The position numbers and the translations under genes were made by a program. Shown piece by piece: positions 60,850 to 64,000 of a DNA stretch of 64,000 nt. This stretch comes from Nannocystis bainbridge (GTDB lineage: Bacteria; Myxococcota_A; Polyangia; Nannocystales; Nannocystaceae), in contig NZ_JAQNDL010000001.1 in assembly GCF_028368995.1 (NCBI RefSeq), positions 576,001-640,000 of the forward strand, given 5' to 3'. The notes below the pieces were generated by a model. That model made no database searches and had not been told where the DNA came from. It saw only the letters and a list, made by a program, of their open reading frames with translations. Within the stretch, counting starts at the first letter, position 1; the number at the start of each line of letters is the position of its first letter.

Positions 60850-62550
60850 ATGCACAAATTCGACCTCCGCTCCTCCCTCGCGCTCGTCGGCGGCTTCGGC
60901 CTCCTCGTCGCCTGCCCCCCCGGCGGCGGCACCACCACCGAGACCGACACCGACACGTCCAGCAGCGAGACGAGCACGACCGAGCTGCCCGGCACCAGCG
61001 TGGCGCCGACCACCGATCCGACCACGACCACCGGGACCACCGTCCCGACCACGACCGAGACCACCACCGCGGCGACGACGACCACGACCACCACGACCAC
61101 CACCGGCGAGCCCGACGGGGCCCTGTGCGTCGCGCTGGGCGGCCAGGACGGGATCGCCGCGCTGGTCGCCGCCGCGGTCCAGGGCGTGCTGCTCGACGAC
61201 AAGATCAACGCCTATTTCCTCAACAGCGACGTCGACGGCGGCAACCTCGGAACCTGCCTCGAGAAGCAGCTCGGCGCGCTCGCCGGGTGCGACGGCGTCG
61301 AATACGACTGCCAGGACATGCAGGCCGCCCACGCCGGCCTCGGCATCTCGGCCCTCGATTTCGCCGACTTCGCCGCCGACTTCGCCGTCGCCCTCGACAC
61401 CCACCAGGCCAGCCACCCCGAGCTCGGCGACGACGACAAGGACACCATCCTGTCCGCGCTGGCGGCGATGGAGGCCGACATCGTCGAGGACCCCGACGGC
61501 GACCAGACCCTCTACCAGCGGCTCGGCCGCAAGCCGGCGCTGCGGGCCCTCGTCGGCGTCTCGGGCGAGGCCGGCTCGTTCCTCGACAACGTCGCCCTCG
61601 ACCCGGCGATCAACGGCTTCTTCGGCGCCGCCGACCACGCCCGCCTCAACACCTGCCTCACGCGCCAGCTCGGCGGCATCGACGGCCCGAGCAAGTACGG
61701 CCTCGAGGTCGACGCCCCCGCGCCCGCCGACCCGGGCGTCGCCGCCGCCAACCCCTGCAAATCGATGGCCGAGGCGCACGAGGGCCTGACCGACGCCAAG
61801 GACATGGGCGGCATCGACATCATGGACTTCGGCGCCCTGCTGGGCGACCTCGTCGCCGCCATGAACACCTTCATGGTCCCCCAGCCCGACCAGGACGTGC
61901 TGCTCGGCGTGCTCGGCTCGATGTGCGAGGACATCGTCATGCTGTCGGCCAAGAACGACTGCCCGACGGCGCAGAAGCTCGAGGTCGTCGAGGCGACCGC
62001 GATCGGCGGCATGGTGATCGACGAGATCTACGACGGGTCGTTCGCCACCATGTGGTGCCACGAGATCGAGGTCCCCGACGACCCGATCAACTTCGTGCGC
62101 GGCGTCGAGCTCAAGCTCGGCATCAACCACAACTGGGTCGGCGACCTCACCGTCAAGCTGATCAGCCCCGAGGACAAGGTCCTCACCCTGGTCAGCCGCC
62201 CCGGCCTGCTCGAGATGAACGACGACGGCGGCGGCTGCTGCGGCGACAGCGCCAACCTCTCGAAGGACTTCCCGCTCACGTTCAAGGACGGGGCCCTCCA
62301 CGCCGCCGAGGACCTCGGCAAGGCGCTCGCCAACACCAACCAGGTGGTCTGCAAGGACGACGGCATCAACCCGTGCGAGTGGGCGCCCAGCCCCGGCTCG
62401 GGCCCGGGCATGAGCTTCGCCGACTTCTTCGGCGACACCGCGACCGGCACCTGGCGCCTGTGCGTCGCCGACTCCAACATCAACGACGCCGGCCTGGTCG
62501 ACTCGATCGCGCTCGCCGTCCAGCGCGTCAAGTACGACCCGATGCCCTGA
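60850..62550 (+). CDS. Lipoprotein with Thr-rich linker, two truncated-hemoglobin-like domains and a proprotein-convertase P-domain
   Basis: LVAC lipobox; LGG..GI...D.KIN.YF...M.AAH.GL and LYQRLG...D.AIN.FF...M.EAH.GL; HNWVGDL.V.L.SP ... GTW.L.V.D....G. Confidence 0.72.
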   Translation: MHKFDLRSSLALVGGFGLLVACPPGGGTTTETDTDTSSSETSTTELPGTSVAPTTDPTTTTGTTVPTTTETTTAATTTTTTTTTTGEPDGALCVALGGQDGIAALVAAAVQGVLLDDKINAYFLNSDVDGGNLGTCLEKQLGALAGCDGVEYDCQDMQAAHAGLGISALDFADFAADFAVALDTHQASHPELGDDDKDTILSALAAMEADIVEDPDGDQTLYQRLGRKPALRALVGVSGEAGSFLDNVALDPAINGFFGAADHARLNTCLTRQLGGIDGPSKYGLEVDAPAPADPGVAAANPCKSMAEAHEGLTDAKDMGGIDIMDFGALLGDLVAAMNTFMVPQPDQDVLLGVLGSMCEDIVMLSAKNDCPTAQKLEVVEATAIGGMVIDEIYDGSFATMWCHEIEVPDDPINFVRGVELKLGINHNWVGDLTVKLISPEDKVLTLVSRPGLLEMNDDGGGCCGDSANLSKDFPLTFKDGALHAAEDLGKALANTNQVVCKDDGINPCEWAPSPGSGPGMSFADFFGDTATGTWRLCVADSNINDAGLVDSIALAVQRVKYDPMP

Positions 62551-62586
62551 GCTCCGGGCCGGCGCCCGCTGGGCGCGCCGTCACGA

Positions 62587-62740
62587 TCGCGCGAGGGACA
62601 TGTCCCCATGGACATGTCCCTCGTTCTCGCTCGCTATGGACATGTCCCGATGGACATGTCCCTCACGACCGGGCTGCCTGGACATGTCGCAGAGGACATG
62701 TCCCTCGCGACCGGGCCGTCAGGACATGTCCCGACGGCCC
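62587..62740. repeat. Array of about eleven 14-bp units (TGTCC-N4-GGACA lattice, 42-bp super-period)
   Basis: GGACATGTC[C/G] at 62596, 62610, 62638, 62652, 62680, 62694 and 62722 (spacings 14, 28, 14, 28, 14, 28). Confidence 0.9.
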
Positions 62741-62747
62741 GACGCGG

Positions 62748-64000
62748 TCACTCGCCCGCCAGCACCTCGCGCGCCCGCTCGCCGGCCGAGGAGAACGGCC
62801 CGCGGGCGATCTCCTGCAGCAGCGCCTGGGCCTCGCGCGCCGGCATGTGGCCCTCGACGGCGTTCAGCGCGGCCCAGTAGGCGCTCTCGTTGCGGTCGAC
62901 GGCCAGGCGCTGGCGCAGGAATCCGACCGCCTCGGGCAGCGCCATGAACCGGGTCGCCCCGCGCAGCGCGTCGGCCCGGACGGCGTCGTCAGGGTCGTTG
63001 ACGGCGGCGTGCAGGAACAGCGGCGCGAGCTCCGGGTGGTCCTCCATGTTGCAGCCCTGCCACGCCATCGAGCGCCGCACCGCGGAGGAACGGTCCGACA
63101 GCAGCGTGGTCACAAGCTGGGTCAGGCGCGGGTCCTCGGGCAGCCAGTGCAGGCGCTCGGTCAGCTCCTTGCGCACGTCGGCGCTCGGGTTGCCCTGCGC
63201 GTGCTGCAGGTAAGTGCCGAACACGAGGTCGACGCCGCCGTAGTTGTGAGACAGGGCGATCGCCGACAGGCACTGCGCCTGGACCTCGGGCGACGGGTCC
63301 TGCGCGGCCCAGTTGGCCACGAACTGCATGACGTCGAGCTGCTCGACGAGGCTCGCGGTGGCCCCGAACGCGGCCGCCCGCACCGAGACGTCGTCGTCCT
63401 GGCACAGCTGCAAGATCAGCTCGCGCCGCCCCTCGAGGTCGGCGTCGGCGTCGAGGTACAGCGAGGTAGCGAGCCGCGCCCGCACCTCCGGCGCCGGGTG
63501 CCGCGCGAGCTTCTGCACCAGCGGCAGCCCGCCCTCCTCGGCGAACTTGGCCGCCACCACCACGACCTCCTCCATCAGATGCGAGGGCAGGTCGCGCCCG
63601 GCCAGCCCCTCGAGCGCCCGGATGTGCTCCGGCTTGGCCCGGTCGTCGAGCACCGTGCCCCACGCCGCCAGCGCGGCCCGCCGCACCGAGTCCTCGCGGT
63701 GGTTCTCGACCAGCTTGAGCAGGAAGGCGTGGATCCCGGTGAAGTTGTTGTCGCGGTCGTACGCCTCGCCCTGCAGGTCGCTCAGCGCGTTCTCCAGCTC
63801 GTCGGTGTCGCGCGAGGTGAGCCCGGGGAACCGCTCGAGCACCACGTTCTCGCCGTCACCCATGCCGAGCAGCGACTTGACGGTGCCGAGCACGCCGCGG
63901 CCGCCGCCGAGCACGGTGAGCGGGGCCTCGGCCGAAGGGTCCTTGACGCTGGGGATGTCGGCGGAGGCGACGACCTTGTAGGTGGCCTCGGGCTTGGCAT
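62748..64000 (-). CDS. HEAT-repeat protein (5' end probably beyond the window)
   Basis: Repeated D....VR..A helical units; the frame stays open toward the window edge. Confidence 0.75.
   Translation of the reverse strand, partial: AKPEATYKVVASADIPSVKDPSAEAPLTVLGGGRGVLGTVKSLLGMGDGENVVLERFPGLTSRDTDELENALSDLQGEAYDRDNNFTGIHAFLLKLVENHREDSVRRAALAAWGTVLDDRAKPEHIRALEGLAGRDLPSHLMEEVVVVAAKFAEEGGLPLVQKLARHPAPEVRARLATSLYLDADADLEGRRELILQLCQDDDVSVRAAAFGATASLVEQLDVMQFVANWAAQDPSPEVQAQCLSAIALSHNYGGVDLVFGTYLQHAQGNPSADVRKELTERLHWLPEDPRLTQLVTTLLSDRSSAVRRSMAWQGCNMEDHPELAPLFLHAAVNDPDDAVRADALRGATRFMALPEAVGFLRQRLAVDRNESAYWAALNAVEGHMPAREAQALLQEIARGPFSSAGERAREVLAGE

Noticed and set aside
60930-61105. ACC/ACG-rich simple repeat
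   Set aside because: Encodes the Thr-rich linker of the lipoprotein; not an independent element.
62596-62731. Match of GGACATGTCC to the p53 half-site RRRCWWGYYY
   Set aside because: Coincidental in a bacterium; the 10-mer arises at junctions of the 14-bp units.

Overview
Very GC-rich bacterial DNA. The gene content (Ser/Thr kinases with TPRs, AgmX/PglI C-terminal domain protein, MYXO-CTERM-like tail, zinc-ribbon/GYF-type protein, many Cys-rich lipoproteins) points to a myxobacterium, probably Nannocystis-like; this is inference. About 50 real CDSs lie among many shadow ORFs. No rRNA, tRNA, CRISPR array or transposase was recognised. Main result: an apparently undescribed RiPP cluster at 8440-13691. 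It has a 53-aa Cys-containing precursor (..MSCCVIICRTWTPGQAG), a PhyH-type Fe/2OG dioxygenase, a DUF692/MNIO enzyme, a GT4 glycosyltransferase fused to an MNIO-partner-like domain, and a divergent Fe/2OG oxygenase with an RRE-like N-terminus. Other highlights: (1) a 14-bp gapped palindrome TGTCC-N4-GGACA recurring across the window, in phased arrays and inside genes; (2) a putative extracellular-DNA harvesting locus (HhH/beta-barrel protein, two thermonucleases, lamin-tail lipoproteins, tdk, nupC); (3) a rifamycin phosphotransferase; (4) an NsrR / truncated hemoglobin / reductase NO module; (5) a tandem-globin plus P-domain lipoprotein; (6) repeats between convergent genes that echo gene 3' ends. 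All family assignments come from motif recognition by eye, not database searches.
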